DNA from: Vitrella brassicaformis CCMP3155
Taxonomy: Eukaryota > Protista > Chromerida
DNA: 64,000 nt
Direction: 5' to 3'
NCBI GenBank assembly: GCA_001179505.1
Contig: CDMY01000266.1
Span: forward strand, 62,001 to 126,000
In this document: piece after piece, positions 50,595 through 64,000 of the stretch
Position numbering within the stretch: the stretch's first letter is position 1
Layout: each line of letters opens with the position of its first letter
Program-made: the position numbers and the translations under genes
Notes under the pieces: generated by a model
Databases searched by the model: none
Told to the model about the DNA's origin: nothing
Seen by the model: the letters and a program-made list of their open reading frames with translations, nothing else

Positions 50595-50863
50595 GACTGC
50601 GAGCTAAAACAAGCATGGGCGTGGGTTCGGTACAGCACAGTGGATCTGGTTAAGATCGTGGTTAAGCCGCTGCAGCAAGCCGTTGCAGACGCCATCGTTG
50701 GTGAGAATTCTGATAGAGAATTCACCTCTGTCAAAGGCAGAGGAGTAGCCAGCTGAGGTACGGCAAGCGGAAGAAAGCCACTCGGAGGCTCACAGATCGA
50801 TGAGGCGCCACCGGTGCATTCACTGATATGATGTCCGCGCTGTGTCTGTTTGCAGGTGTGCAG

Positions 50864-51821
50864 ATGTCGGCTGCTGCTTCTGAAGAAGGTGGTGCCTCTA
50901 TAGCTGACGAGCCATCTTCATCCGCTGCGTCGGCCGCAAATGGTACACTAACAGAGGTGTGTGTGTGTGTGATTGCCGGCAGACAGCTGTGTGTGTGTGT
51001 ATGTGTGTGTGTGATTGTATTGTAGGTGCTAGCAGTGCATCGTCAGACCACCAGCAGCTCGCGCTCGCCTTCCTCCCTTCAAAGATGTCGCCGACGCTGC
51101 TTCTTCTCGTGTTGTCGTCGTCGCTGGTCGCACAAGCCTCTCCCTCTCTCAGGCTTGGGTTTGTGCCTGCGCGGCCTGCACGACTACCGGGCGTCCAGTG
51201 CTGGGACGGCATCAGAAGCTGAGAGAGGCTCGAGCCCTCCTCCAAGCTCATCGACGTCTGCACACCAACCGAGGTCGGTTGCACACATGCCAGATGGTCT
51301 GTCTGGCCTTCCTTGCCCCTGACTGCCATCATCTCTCTCTGCGGGCGTGTTCGGTGTGGCGTGTGTCCAGAACGAAGCCACGAAGCGGCCCATCCTCGTA
51401 AAGTGCATTCAATCTGCCCTGAAAGCCCTCACGGAGTGTGCGTGTCCGTCTGTCTGTCTGTCTGTCCATGTGTTGGCGTGCTCATCCATCTGGCAGACCG
51501 AAGATGAGGCCTTGCAGGACTTACTTGAGTGGTGTTGGAATAAGAAAGACGACATCGACGCGCGGCTACAGGATGTCGACGTGGCGATCGAAGATGCATG
51601 CGAGAGGCAAGCGTCATCGGCGCATTATGCACCTAAAGTGTGTGTCGTTTTGCAATGGATTCCATTGCAAATTAATGCAGTGGCAGCAAGATGTATAGGC
51701 CGCTCGTGGGGTACCGAGACGAACTCCAGCGCGTCAGATGGCTCGTCTACTTCACATGTACGTACGTACGCCGATGCACGCATTGCACACAGATTCGTCA
51801 TGGCGTGTGCGCAAGTGCATC

Positions 51822-51860
<39 letters not shown>

Positions 51861-52243
51861 TGTGTGTGTGTGTGTGCGTGTGTTTGTGTCTGTCTGTCTG
51901 TGTGTCTGTGTCTGTGTCTCTGTCTGTCTGTCTGTCTGTGTTTCAAAAAGGGCTAAGCGCGCTTTCCAAGTGCTGCAAAGGTGTGCGCACACAGATGGCA
52001 TACACGTGTGTGCATGCAGCCTTTTCATTTGATGCATTCATTCATTCATTCGCCAGACCCCTTTCAGATGGAGCCAGTGACGCGATACCTTAGCGAAGGT
52101 ACGTACGTACGTCCATGACTCTACAAACACGTGTGTCGTGCGGTCGTGTTCTCTTACCCTCAGACTTCGACAACCGCCCCTTCGCTTACAAGCCTATCAA
52201 GACGCCTCTCCCTCCCGCCTCTCAAGGCGTCTCTCCCGAATGA
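50864..52243 (+). CDS. Hypothetical protein, multi-exon; 5' exon structure uncertain
   Basis: Exons NEATKRPILVKCIQSALKALT, EDEALQDLLEWCWNKKDDIDARL, PLVGYRDELQRVRWLVYFT, DPFQMEPVTRYLSE|DFDNRPFAYKPIK..VSPE* (stop 52241-52243). Confidence 0.5.
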
Positions 52244-52911
52244 GTAGACGCGTGTGCCTCCACGCCTGGATTGTCGTCTGGGGCCGAGTTTCGTGCAGCT
52301 CTTTTTGAGGGGGGGCGGGAGTGTGTGCGAACACGTTTCTTGCATGCAATCATATCCACCACAACACAACACAACTATGTACATATGAGTGAATCACATT
52401 TTAAAGACCAAACCCTGAAACGCGTGTTTGGTGCGCTCTCTGCCCCCGTATCTGTCGCGCCGGATGGATGCCGCAGAGACTGGACGGTACGCAACGGTTG
52501 AATGTCTGCGGATGCTGAAGCCTTGAGTTGGTCGATGCGTCTGCTGCATGAGAAGACATGATATTTATACGTGACGTGAACGAAAGCATAGGTCTTTTTT
52601 CGCGAGTTTGATTGCAAGCCTGGCCTTGCACGTGTTTGTGCAAAGAAGCTGCCGACCATGAGCTAAGGTAAGGCATGCGCATACACGCACGCAATGCTGC
52701 CTACTGAATGAGACGGCACATACACGTTGCCGCCCGGATGAATCTACCCTGACGTGAGCACCAGACTACTCCACACACACCATCGATGAACTCATCTACT
52801 TCTCGCTCCAAACAAACAGCTACAGATTCTCTCTCTCTGTCTCTCTGTCTCTCTGTCTCACACACACACCTACATCATGAGGCCACTCGATCATGGCGAG
52901 TACGTACGTTT

Positions 52912-55900
52912 TCATATCTCAGCCAGCGAGCTGCGTATCTCCACATAAGCGTTCTGCGACTGCCTCCGCAGCTCGCTCTGCGACAGACGCGCAGCGGGCC
53001 GAGGCTCGTCACCCACGAGAGACCTGGGCGAGTCCTCATCCATGTCGGTCAGGTTGTCCCCGACCTTGCCCTCCTCGTGCTGTCTCTGGTCGCCTTCATG
53101 GGTGGTCTCGGTCAACTGGTTCTTGCCTCTTCGTCTCCTTCTTTGTCTGATGGCGAATGGGAACTCCACTAGCGAGGGGACGAGCAGGATGATGGGATCC
53201 AGCATGGGGGTGTATTTGGTGAAGATCAGGATGGCCGTCACGCCGAGGATCTGCAGGCCCGGGATGATCAGCAGCCTGCGCATTTGAAGGCGGACACACA
53301 CGAGAAGGGTGAGACTCGTGTCTCGGGTGAGCCATTTTGCTGAGTGTTTGCGGCCGCCTGACCTGTATGAAAGTCCGAGTGACGACGCCCAGATCCACTT
53401 GCCCACCAACGTGGGCTTCTCGCCCTGCAAACATTCATCCATCCATGCAGTCCCATTGTGTCTCTCTGTTTTTGTGTGTGTCTCCTGCATGTATGCTGAC
53501 CATAACAAAGATGAGCAGCCAGGTGACGGCCCCGAGGTTGGACAGCGTCCAGGTCACCCACCCCGCGATATCCATGGCGTCCCACGCCTGCATCTGGAAC
53601 TTCTTTTCACCGGGCAGCAGGTCGTCCTCTATCACAAACTTGGTGAAGAGCGCGTACAGAACCACCGGAAAAATGAGTGACAGCACGAGGGCCCACAGGC
53701 TGACGAACACCGACGGGAGCCCCGGCATGTATGGAATGGAGGGGGACGAGCAGAGGTCGGTCAGGTGGGCTAGGGGGGAGAATACGTCGTCGACATGGGC
53801 TGCGAGGGCACACTTGTGGTGGAAGAAGAGGGACGCATACAGGAGGATGCCGATCAGGGAGGCCTCCAGCACGGCGAACCGCTGCGAACGGGTGATGAAG
53901 GGATTGTATGCCAGCCTTCAATGGAGGAATGCAAGGGACAGCAGCGGCATTGTCCGTGTCTCCCTTCCTCACTCTGTGTGTCTCAAGGGTGCTTACACTT
54001 TCAGCAGTGGGTGGTCTCGTCTCACAACACGGCTGAAGATCCTCATGTTGGGCCACCGCTGGTACTTCAGCCGGCCCGCAATCGCCTTGGCCTGACCATA
54101 TCAATGGGGACATTACTGAGCGTTCATTCAGCGTGTCCGCCTGACTCTTCAACCTGCATGGTCTGCGCCACGAATGTGTCGCTTCTCGGCGGTCCGTCTG
54201 TGGTGGATGTGGCTGATCGCTGTGTGATGTCTCCCGTGTTGGTGGAATCCATCTCCATCGTGGCCAGCCGGGGCACGTCCTTGTCGTCCGTGAGAGCCTG
54301 CTCGATCGCCTTCTTCAGATGGCCAACCACACGAGCGAAGCCATCGGCAGAGAGGCCATCCAGGAATGTTATCTGACAGACAGAGACACGGGTGTCAGAT
54401 GCGTGAGAGAGTGTGTGAGGTGAAACAGGGCTGGACTCACTTTCACGTCGTCGCCGTCTTTGAATTTGAGATACACCGACGACAGGCCGCTGCTCTCGCC
54501 CTTCTCGATGCGCACGTCCTCGACATCTTCCAGGAAGTGGCCGTGGATAAGGCGCTTGCCTGCATCCTCCTCAGCCGTCGGCTCTTCGCCAGGGACCATC
54601 TCTGAGACATCCACCTTCTCGGTGTTCAACACCTGCGCGCAAACGCAACATCATGCTTCCGTCCCTATGAGTGCGTGCGGTGTGTGCGTGTGTGTGTGTG
54701 TGTGTGCGTCTCAGCAGTGTCTCAGCACGCACCAGCCCGTCGTGGGTCCACCAGAGGTGTGCTGGCTTGTTGTTGACCAGACCTGAAGGCAGCAGGAAGG
54801 ATATCGGTGCAGGAGCGTGTAGGCATGATCGCTTACAGAAGCATGCTGAGCTCGGGATCGGCCCCTCATAAGTGAACCAGCTGGTCTGCTGCTCTGGCGG
54901 CCTCTCCTTCTCATTCCCCCCACTCTCGGCCAGCAGCTGCTTCCACACCTTCATCGCACTCTTGCGCGCCGTCTTGGCCGAGTACAGGAAGCGTTCCAGC
55001 ACTGTCATGCCGCTGGGAACGGTCTGCACGTGCTCGTCCTTCTTGACGTGAGGTGGGGCTAGGTCGAAAAAGTCATATAATTTCGGCCAGATGGGGATCT
55101 TGGACGACTTGCGTCTTCCGGCGTCTGTCTCTGCGTTGTCCTCTGTGTCTGTGGGCTGGGCCTGCTGAGCGAGGAAGTCCAGGTTCTGCTCCATGTTGGT
55201 GGGTCTCAGCTTCAGCAGCAGTGTGCGCTTCTGGGTGACTTCGTCTCTTCCGTAGATGGCCAGAACGGGCGGTGCGGACATCTTCCGTGATGGCGGCCCC
55301 ACCGCCTCCTCGTCTTTGTCTTCGTTGCCCTCAGTGATGCCCCCGATCTGCTCCTGCAGGATCATGTCGATGGTGTCGATGTCGATCACTTTCAGGGGCC
55401 CGCTCCAGTCCACCCAGCCACGCCACTGATAGAGACACATCCAACCGTCGGCGTCTCTCGTGTACGTAGTCATGTATGTATCTGTGTGTGCAAGGCCGAC
55501 CTTTCTCTCTCTGAAGTGTGATGCGGGGTGCAGGCAGAGGTCGCGGCCACTTGCCGACACCCACATGTAGAAGGCCTCCGACCGCTGAAACTCCGCCAGT
55601 GAGTCGACCGGGATCTCACTCGCGTCCGACTCACGCACGTGGCGAGCAGCGATTGCCCGGAGGTCGACGTCTTTCAGATCTTCCTCCAGGCCTTCAATCA
55701 CCTCTACGCTCACAGCCGCCGGGGGCGGGATGGATGTCTCCTCCTCGATGAGCTTCTGTAGCCTTACGTGCTCCTTCTCCTGTGCATTCTCCGTCTGGCT
55801 CTGCTCCCGTCTCTGGTAGTCGGTCTTGGCTAGGTCGATCTGGGCCTGTGTGAGGAGCATGTCGAGCTGTTCGAGACGCTCCTGCTCTTTCTGCTGCTTC

Positions 55901-58900
55901 GTCATGAGGAACCTTTGCCGTCTCGTGCCGTCGTGCACCCGCTGCAGCCGATTCGTGATCTTGCCATACTTCTGCATCTCGATCTCTTTCAGGACTATCA
56001 GCTGAAATGGCGTCACCGAGAGATCGCCGTCTTTGTCCTCCAGCGAGACGGCAGACGACATTCGGCTGTCGGTCACGCGAAGCTTCTCGCGCGCCTTTCT
56101 GTCGCGGCACGCACGGACGGCTGCGAGCGATGAGGCCAGTTGCTTCTGCATGTTGGTGAAGCGGTGCATGAAGACGCTCTTCTTGCTCCGAGGGAAGCGG
56201 TGCAGCGTCACACCCCCCTCGGTCTTCTGGTCGCCGTCTTCCTGTATGGGTTCGAGAGCGCTTCTGGTGTCGTCGAAGCTCAACATCGAACGCATTCTTT
56301 CCGTCTCCTCTGTCTGCCACCGCTGCATGCTCGGTTTCATCGACGCAGACCGCGCCACAGTCATTGTCAGGTCCTGGTCGATGAGCGAGGCCACATCGGC
56401 CTCATGGTGGGCCAGCAGCAGCCGATCGTCGCCGCGCTTATCCGGAGAGATGTCATCATCCCACATATCCCACTGCCACGAGGCGTTTTCGTAGTCGTCC
56501 TCGAGAGGATCCATGTGTTTGGGATGGCGGTAGTCGAAGACAGGCATCTCCTTGGTAAGCTGCTGGCCCTCCATGGCCTGTGTGGGCGACTGGGCGATCT
56601 CTTTGCGCTGTGCGTGTCGGCATCCCCTGGCCAGCCACTTGAGCAGACTCCAGAGGAGGAAGAGAGGCAGCAAGGGGAACAGAATTGCTCGACGACGGCT
56701 CAGGTAGATCGGACCGAGAGACACACAGCCCTGTTGGCGAGAGACACGAGACGAGATGTCTCACTGGTTGTGGCTCCGACATGCACCATGGTTACCAGAA
56801 GTCTCATGAAGGGTATGCATATGCATATCGGAACGTCGTAGTTGTTCCTCTCCCATCTGTCCCTGAAGAAGAATTTAAGCCTGTCTTCCACGGGGACCCA
56901 ATCGAGCCGATCCTGCACACACAGATGAGGCACCACATGTACATGGGCTGCTCTGCTGGTTGGAATCTCGGCTCGGCTCACCCGCAGCCACAGTGAGAGC
57001 ACAGGGAACTTGAACAGAAGCGTCGCCGCGATGGCGTACCAGAAGCCCACGTTTCCTTCCGACACACACCGAGGAAGACATCATCACATACAATGTGAGT
57101 TGGTGAGCTTTGATTACGACTCACCGGCCAGGAGCATATTGAGCAGCACAGTCGTGTCCAACAGTGGTGTCTCCTCCTCCGCTTTGTCCTCGGTCGGCCG
57201 CCCCAGCAGCTCTATCGCCGCAGCGAAGGACGACAGATGTGTGCACGCACACTGGATGGCGTGCGGCGTCACAGTCACCTCACATCCAGCGTCCACAAAC
57301 GAGTCCGACACCTCGTCGAAGTACATACAGTAGGCTCTGCTGTGCTCGAGATCTGACGGCTTCAGGGCCATGGAAGAGGGCCAGAGAGGGAAAGACATCA
57401 GCACAGGCGCGTCGGATGTCAGGTTGACGCTGGGCAGCCGAACACCGTCGATGAAAATGTCGACAATAACAATCTCATTCAGCACGAAGTCGGCTGGGTT
57501 GTCTTTGACCAAGAGTGGGTTCGCAGGAATGGTGACCACGGTGGCGTGCATGTTGTGGGGGATTTGGGAACAGTTCCATGCAGGTAGCAGGGCGAGACAT
57601 GCCGTCGTCAGAGTTGGGATGGAGAGAGGTGAGATCAGCACACGACCCTGGCAGCACAGAGAGATCCATGACAGGCACAGCGGCTCAGTGCGCCTCCCTG
57701 CCTTGTTTGTGTACTCACCCTATTGATGCCATTCCTGACGTCGACGTCGGTGATTAGCCTCATGTAGAGCGAGAACTCCCCTGTCCTGTGCCAAAGAGGG
57801 ATGGAGTGCTCATACGCGTATGTCGTGATGTTCCTGTAGGCCGAGTCCTGCAATCACACAGCGAGCACCTCCATAAATGCACAGACAACGAAACTGGGCT
57901 CTCTCACCATCAGAGACATGGCGTCCATTGCCACAGCGCGTGTTGCGTCGTCAACCAGGGAGTCACCAGACCGCTGATCAGAGGGGAAGATCTCGCCCGT
58001 GAGTGCCGACATGCAGGCGGGAAGGTTCCTAAGCAGAAGTGCCGCATTCTGCCGGGTCGTGGGCTCAATCAGTTCCGTCAGTTTCGCCAGATAGTGGATG
58101 CGTGCTGTGTGCATTAGGGCTTCTCCCGCCAGATTGGCGAGCCTCTCGGCAGCCTCGCCAATCAAAATCTCATCTTCGTCCCTGTTGGCTGGGAGGGGGT
58201 CCTTTGATATGCCTGTCAACAGCCCCAGCATCTCGTCCAGGAGAGTGGCAACTCTATTTCTCTGGAAAATGACAATCGAGGGATGCTTGATGAGCGTCTC
58301 ACACGAAGCGATCACTGCCGAGGCGATTTCTGCCGAGTCATCCGTCTTTTTCATCTCGTCTATCAACTCTTCGATGTCCTCCAGCGTGACATTGCGGTCA
58401 GCCAACGTCACCGCTGCAGAGGGGCAAAGAGAGGGGTTATGGGCATCCCAGCGTGGGTCACACATGGCCACTATCCGCCAGTCGAGTCCGTCTGTCTCTT
58501 CACACTCGAGAAAGCAAGTCGACCCGAGCGAGTCAGTGAGCTTGGAGATGATGTGGTAGTCGCCTGCTTGGAGGTGCACGCGGAGAGACGGCTCGAGGCG
58601 GTTGAAGGACAGGGTCTGTATCTTGCTGTCCCCTGTGATGGGGTAGGTGTCGGTAAGGTAGAGGCTGTATGTGGAAGCACCGCTGACAGCTGCGGCGGGG
58701 TCGACCTCCCACCCATACTGATGGATCAGCGCTGACGACGTGGTATCTGATGTCTCCACATGCAACGAGCCCGCCAGCGGGAAGAGGGCGGCTCGGATGC
58801 TGGTGCTCCACTCGATGGTCTCAGGCTGGGCGACCTGGTTGATGAAGTTAATACGAGACAGCTTCACCTCATAGATTCAGGAGGGATAGAGGTAGCCGGC

Positions 58901-61900
58901 AGGAATGACGCCAGTGACAATGGTGTGCTCGGCCGCTGATGACGCCTGCTCATATGACATGGTTGAAGGCTGTGCCTCAATCAACAGCCCTTCAGATGGG
59001 AAAGCCTCGACTTGTGTACGCTTGTAGGTTGTCACTGGGGTGAGTTTCCATGCCAGTGCCATGTCTCCCCTCACTTGCAGCGGAACAGATATCACCGATC
59101 CGTTGAGCACCACATCTGCGTGGGGGGACACCGGTCTCTCGATGCTCCGGTCCAGTTGCCGGAAAGACGTTCAAAGCCGGACCGCGACACGTGCTGCTGC
59201 ACCGTCACCGCCCCTCCGGCCACAGCGCCCTCCCCCATCGGCTGACTGGCCTCGACGGCAAAAACATAAAGACCCTCCCGCATACCCGCGGTGTCGAGGG
59301 AGAAGGACGCCTCTGTGTCGTTGACAGACATGAGGTCCCTCCTGAAGGCGGCCATGTCGTCGCTCGGCAAGCTGATGTGGTCAATGCAGTCGTGTAGCGG
59401 CGCGTCCTGCTTCAGAGACCGCAGCAGCAGGTCAGGCGCTGAGTGGAAGGGCGTTGACCGCATCGACGACACTGCAAATGGGCGGCTGAGGGGCGTCCAC
59501 ACGCAGAACCAGTCGACAGTCAGCGGCTCGCCGATGTGTTGGCTGGGGTGGGTGATGTCCATCACCAGCGTGACACTGCTCGATGGCGATGGGCGTGCCT
59601 GCAGGCGCAGCTGCAGATGGGGGGCGGGATACCTGTCCATCTTGATCTCAAAGGCGGTCCGACGGGTGCAGTTTGATGAAGATATGTTGGCGTACACGTC
59701 AAACACCTGACCGATGTAGTTGTCGCGGTTGCCGAAGACACCGTTCGTGTCGACTCGCAGCGCAAATTTGTCCCGAGACATGTCTTTGGCCGTCAAGTCG
59801 ATCACCGACTGCGCAGTGCGTGCGTATGCTGTCCAAGTCACTTTGGCATTCTCATGGTTTGACGACTGGCCAGGAAACGCCCGCAACACCATCTGGCCTG
59901 TCGGCGAGAATGACATTGTGCTGTGTGTTGTCCTGACGGAAGGCGCGGCATCGGCGTGGCAGCACTTGTCCTTCATCAGCACCACGGACACTTTGGTGCT
60001 CGCCGAGACACCGAGGTAGTTTGCTGCCGATATCGTCATCACCAGCAGGCTGTCGTCAAGGCTGTTCTCCACCTCATGTATCTTCCGCAAAAGGCATTGG
60101 AAATCTCCAGTGTGGTGAATGGGTCCCGCCAGCCTACACACAAGGATACACACTGCATACGGGACGCTGTGCTTGGCTTCCGCTTACCGGACGCCTGGCT
60201 GAGGGCGTCTGCCATCTCGATAGGCAAAGAGCCGCCACTTTCGACACCGAATATGTAGAAGACCTGCCGACCACCGCTCGCACCAGTGTAGATGTCGATG
60301 TGCAGGGGGGGATCGCCACTGGCCTCAGAGCATAGCGACACGCTGTCAGGCGCCGTCACTCTCAACGTCGGCACGAGTGTGTCCATTGCCGCGCCCACAT
60401 CAAGTGTCGTCATGTCCATGGAGATTAGTGCCGACCTGATGGGCGTGTCGCGGGGCTTGAGTGTGGCGTTTTGTCTTGATATGGCGAGAATGCATCGCTT
60501 GTCGGGTGTGGCCCACACACACAGGGGCTTGCTGCCGAAGACTCCTATGTTCTCGATGGATGAGCACAGCTCGCGGTCGAATGGGGCGGGGAGGATGGCC
60601 TCGAAGCACACCGTGGCTGTTGAAGGCGAATAAGACGTCTCTGCGCTGGTCAGTCGGGGCGTGGGGTAGGTCATGTTGACACTCTCGAGCTTGCAGCGGC
60701 TGTCACATCCATCCTGAGACATGGAAGAGACACACACATAAGAAACACATGCGATGCGTTTGGGTTTCTCCTCCTCGCGACCACTTACCAGGATGGACTT
60801 GCACGAAGGGTCCGACCGCTGGCTCGATGGAATAGTCTGTGCTGTTTGAGCACGATGCCTTGTGCGTCGCGTCACATAGACAGGCCTTGAAGGTGCCCGC
60901 CACTGGCAACTCCACACTCTCACAGAAGAGCTCTTCTGTATGGCTGCCCTCGCCATTGCACTCGATCGGGTAGCTGGGCGAGCTGCTGGGCAGCTTGTGC
61001 AAGGCTGACCCGCATTCGAACTCCCCGTGGTGTCCGACGCTTGTGCCGATGAGCATGAGCTTGTCTCTGTCAGGGTCGAGGTGGTGGCCCCTGACTGTCA
61101 GCTGCAGGGAGCTGGCCGTGTGCGGGGGGTGTCTCTGCTCCACGTATTCGACCGCAGACACGAACCCCTTCTCTGAGAACACGCATACACCGATGACAGC
61201 AGCAATGTACCAGGACACAGTAAGCTGTCCCTTACTTTGGCTGATGGCGAATGTGAATGTGTTTCCATCTGCCCTTTTCGCGGGGAAGAAGTTGTGTCCC
61301 GCGAGGCAGTCGCCCTCCAGTGTAAGTGACGCATCACATTCGCATAGACACAGCAGAGGAGCTATTCGGTGGACTATGGTCGAACACGTGATGGTGTTGG
61401 CGGCCTCGGCGGGCGTGCAGTACATCGGGAAACCCTTGGACGTGGCACATGACCCGCACCCCGCTATCTTGAGCTGGTCGTGGGTCATCTCGAAGCCGTC
61501 CACACTCACGCGTATGACCTGCTCTTCAGCCTCGTTGAGTGTCGTTGGGGTGAAGGCCGTGACCGACAGGGGATCTGTGTGATCGACCGAGACAGACACA
61601 TGCCTATGGTCGGCTCTAGTGCTTCTGGTTTGGAGAGATGGCGCTAGCCTGATGGGTTGACGAGAGGCTGCGGCCCAGGAGTCACGATCTCTTGCATCAG
61701 GGCGGAAGGGTCAGTCAACAACACACTTAGGCTCTGGCATGCGGCAGATGAGGACACCTCTGCACCATTGATCGACAGCTGCCCAGCCAGTGTGGCATCG
61801 GGCGTCGCTGCCAGGAGAGGGGCGCTGGTGGAGAGTGAGATCCATTCCTCATGGCATAGAGCGACGACATAGCCGTGCTCGTTGGTGAAGCCGAACGGGC

Positions 61901-64000
61901 CGCACGAGAGCGTGGTATTGCCTGAGGCAATGCATGGCAGCAGGTAGAACTGGTTGACCACGTTGGTCTCCATCAGCCGCAGCAAGGAGGAAGAGTGCGC
62001 CTGTGGCGAGTCACTCGCGAGAGGGAACAGCATCAGCTCGTCTCCTGGGCTGAGGCCGCTGCCCGTCAGAGTGACTGACAGCTGCGGAGAACAAGCGACA
62101 GATACGTACATGTCTCTGTGTAGTGTGCTCTGTGTGTGTGACCAATTACTTGGAATCCGACGTGTGGCTTCCGTGAGACATCCACTGACTCGACGGTTGC
62201 TTGCACTGCTCAGCGCACATCGCGTGCAACAAGACAGAGAGGCACATCGATTGACACAAAGGGGTGTCCTGTATGTTACCAATGCATGTCTGGGAGTCCT
62301 TGTCAAGTCGGGCGTTGCTGGCACACCCACATGTGAAGCCACCCAGTGTGTTCTCGCAGGTCCCTTCACAGTTGTGGGTGCCCGATGCACACTCGTCCAA
62401 ATCTGAACAGGCGAGACACACTCACCACAACACGCGTGTGTTTTTCCTCTCTCATGGTGACTTACCGTAGAATAGTCCGTGGTACGAGTAAAAGATATTG
62501 CCTGAGCCGTAAGAGTCCTTGACGGTCCCCTCGTTGAGTGTGACGGTCACCCGCCCCTGTGAAGGGACCTGGAGGACTAGGTCCAGATACAGCTGTTGTC
62601 GAATAGTGGCTTCGACCAAGAGGGCATTCGACAGCTGCACACATGCATTCGCATTGATGTGGGAACACACACACACGGTCCCGACCTTACCAATATTCTG
62701 TCGGTGTTGATGTCCCGCACGGCCTCGGAGAAGTGCAGAGTGAGCACATGTCCGTCGCGGCTGATCACAACCGTGTCATTATTGTCGGGGACCAGCACGC
62801 GGGGCGGAATGATCTCTGCACGACAAATAGAGACAGACCCGATGGATGCTTACATGCATCTGGCCAACACATCAGGTGTCTCCCTGCAGATACCAGTCGT
62901 TTGAACCCATTCCCTGCTAGCTTGGTCTGTGACTGTTCCGCCCTCGTCAATCGCAATACACGAGATCGTGTACATCGTGTTCGACAGAAGCCCGGTAAAG
63001 ACAAACTCGGCGGTGAAGTGGTCAAACTCTGACACGGCGGCCCTCTGCTGCATTGGCGAGACACTGGTGGTGGGCGGTTCGTTGACGAGATCGAAGTCCT
63101 GTGGAGTATGTGTGGCTGTGTCGCTGGGTGTGAGCGGCTGGCAGAAGATCTCGGACGTCTCGCTCACTGTCACGGTGACGGTGATGGTCTCCTCAGTCAC
63201 CACAATGGTCGACGAGTCAAGCATTACAGAGGGAGCCGTGATGTCTGCAAACACAAGCAACCAAGAGACACACGACACACGCAAGATGCTGCTCCCTTTT
63301 TCGTCTGTCCTGCCTGCAGGTCTTCCCCCACCGTATGGGATCTCAAACGCCGCTATTCTGTGGTTCTTGTTGCCGGCCATGTCGGTGATGCTGCCTACCG
63401 GCACCGTGACCTCCACCATGCCCTCGCTGATGGCCTTCACTTGCAGGATCTTGGCATTGTCCTGGGAGGGATTGTCGCTCATCGACACTATCCTGGCGTT
63501 GGAGAGGCTGAAGACTTCCTCTGTAAAGGGCTGCACTGGCTCTGACAAGACCATGTCGATGTTGAAGGCCCTGTTTCGTGTGCGGGGGGCAGCGGACGAA
63601 TACATAGTGATCTCAGGCGGGATGGGATCTGTCAAAAGGACGTGGTGACCGCATCCGTCCATCCGTGTGCGTCTCTCACTCACCGTAGAGGACCGTGATG
63701 GTGTTTGACGCGAGATTTGTAAGCCCGTCTGTGTCTTGGACTGCCCCAGCATCCAGCTGCGCCTGCACTGTGCCACCGTCAGTCTTGTCAACGGGCACCC
63801 GCAGCGCAGCCGTGTATGACGTGGGGCTGTTGCGGTCAAGCCTGGTCGCCGTCGTGGGCATGCTGTCGATGAGAAAGTGGTCAGAGAAGTCTGTGGCCGT
63901 GATGGGGTTGCTGAAGGTGATATAAATGTCGAATGTGGCCGTGTTGAAGGGGCTGGACGCAGACAGGGTCGGCCTGGTGATCCACTCGATAGCTTGCGGC
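52912..64000 (-). CDS. Polycystin-1-like / adhesion-receptor-like giant membrane protein (bacterial Ig-like repeats, FN3-like, Ca-EGF, REJ-like, GPS, multi-TM); 5'-partial
   Basis: Ig-like [93 protein letters not shown]-type [27 protein letters not shown] before the TM block. Ends SSLAEI* at 52912. Continuity as one gene is inferred from the exon chain. Confidence 0.78.

Noticed and set aside
49456-50607. 383-aa plus-strand ORF
   Set aside because: Antisense shadow of the GC-rich, low-complexity first exon of the TKL kinase.
51086-51222. MSPTLLLLVLSSSLVAQASPSLRLGFVPARP as a third plastid presequence
   Set aside because: The frame stops at 51220-51222 and no convincing donor rescues it.

Overview
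A GC-rich, intron-dense eukaryotic window with three placeholder gaps of exactly 300 N. Short introns full of (CA)n, (GT)n, (GTCT)n and (GATG)n repeats, plus bipartite signal + Phe-transit presequences, suggest a chromerid alveolate such as Vitrella brassicaformis (inference, not verified). About 14 spliced protein genes were assembled by hand: a 2OG-Fe(II) oxygenase, a nucleoredoxin-type thioredoxin, a TPR/IQ protein, two J-domain proteins (one DNAJB13/RSP16-like), an in-frame YqiA-like esterase / CYTH thiamine-triphosphatase fusion, an SLC35/DMT transporter, a zinc-ribbon protein, a membrane aspartic protease with a long cytosolic domain, a folate-receptor-like gene (duplicated, one copy broken), a TKL kinase, hypothetical proteins, and more than 11 kb of a polycystin-1-like gene (bacterial Ig-like, EGF, REJ-like, GPS, TM) running off the right edge. 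Three decayed coding regions and one 5'-truncated CRE-type non-LTR retrotransposon are also present. No rRNA, tRNA or CRISPR array was recognised. The strongest leads are the esterase-CYTH fusion, the polarised AC/GT repeats in introns, the retroelement with a 13-bp TSD and a C10 tail, and the polycystin-like and aspartic-protease architectures. Exon coordinates were read by eye and family calls come from motif recognition, not database searches.
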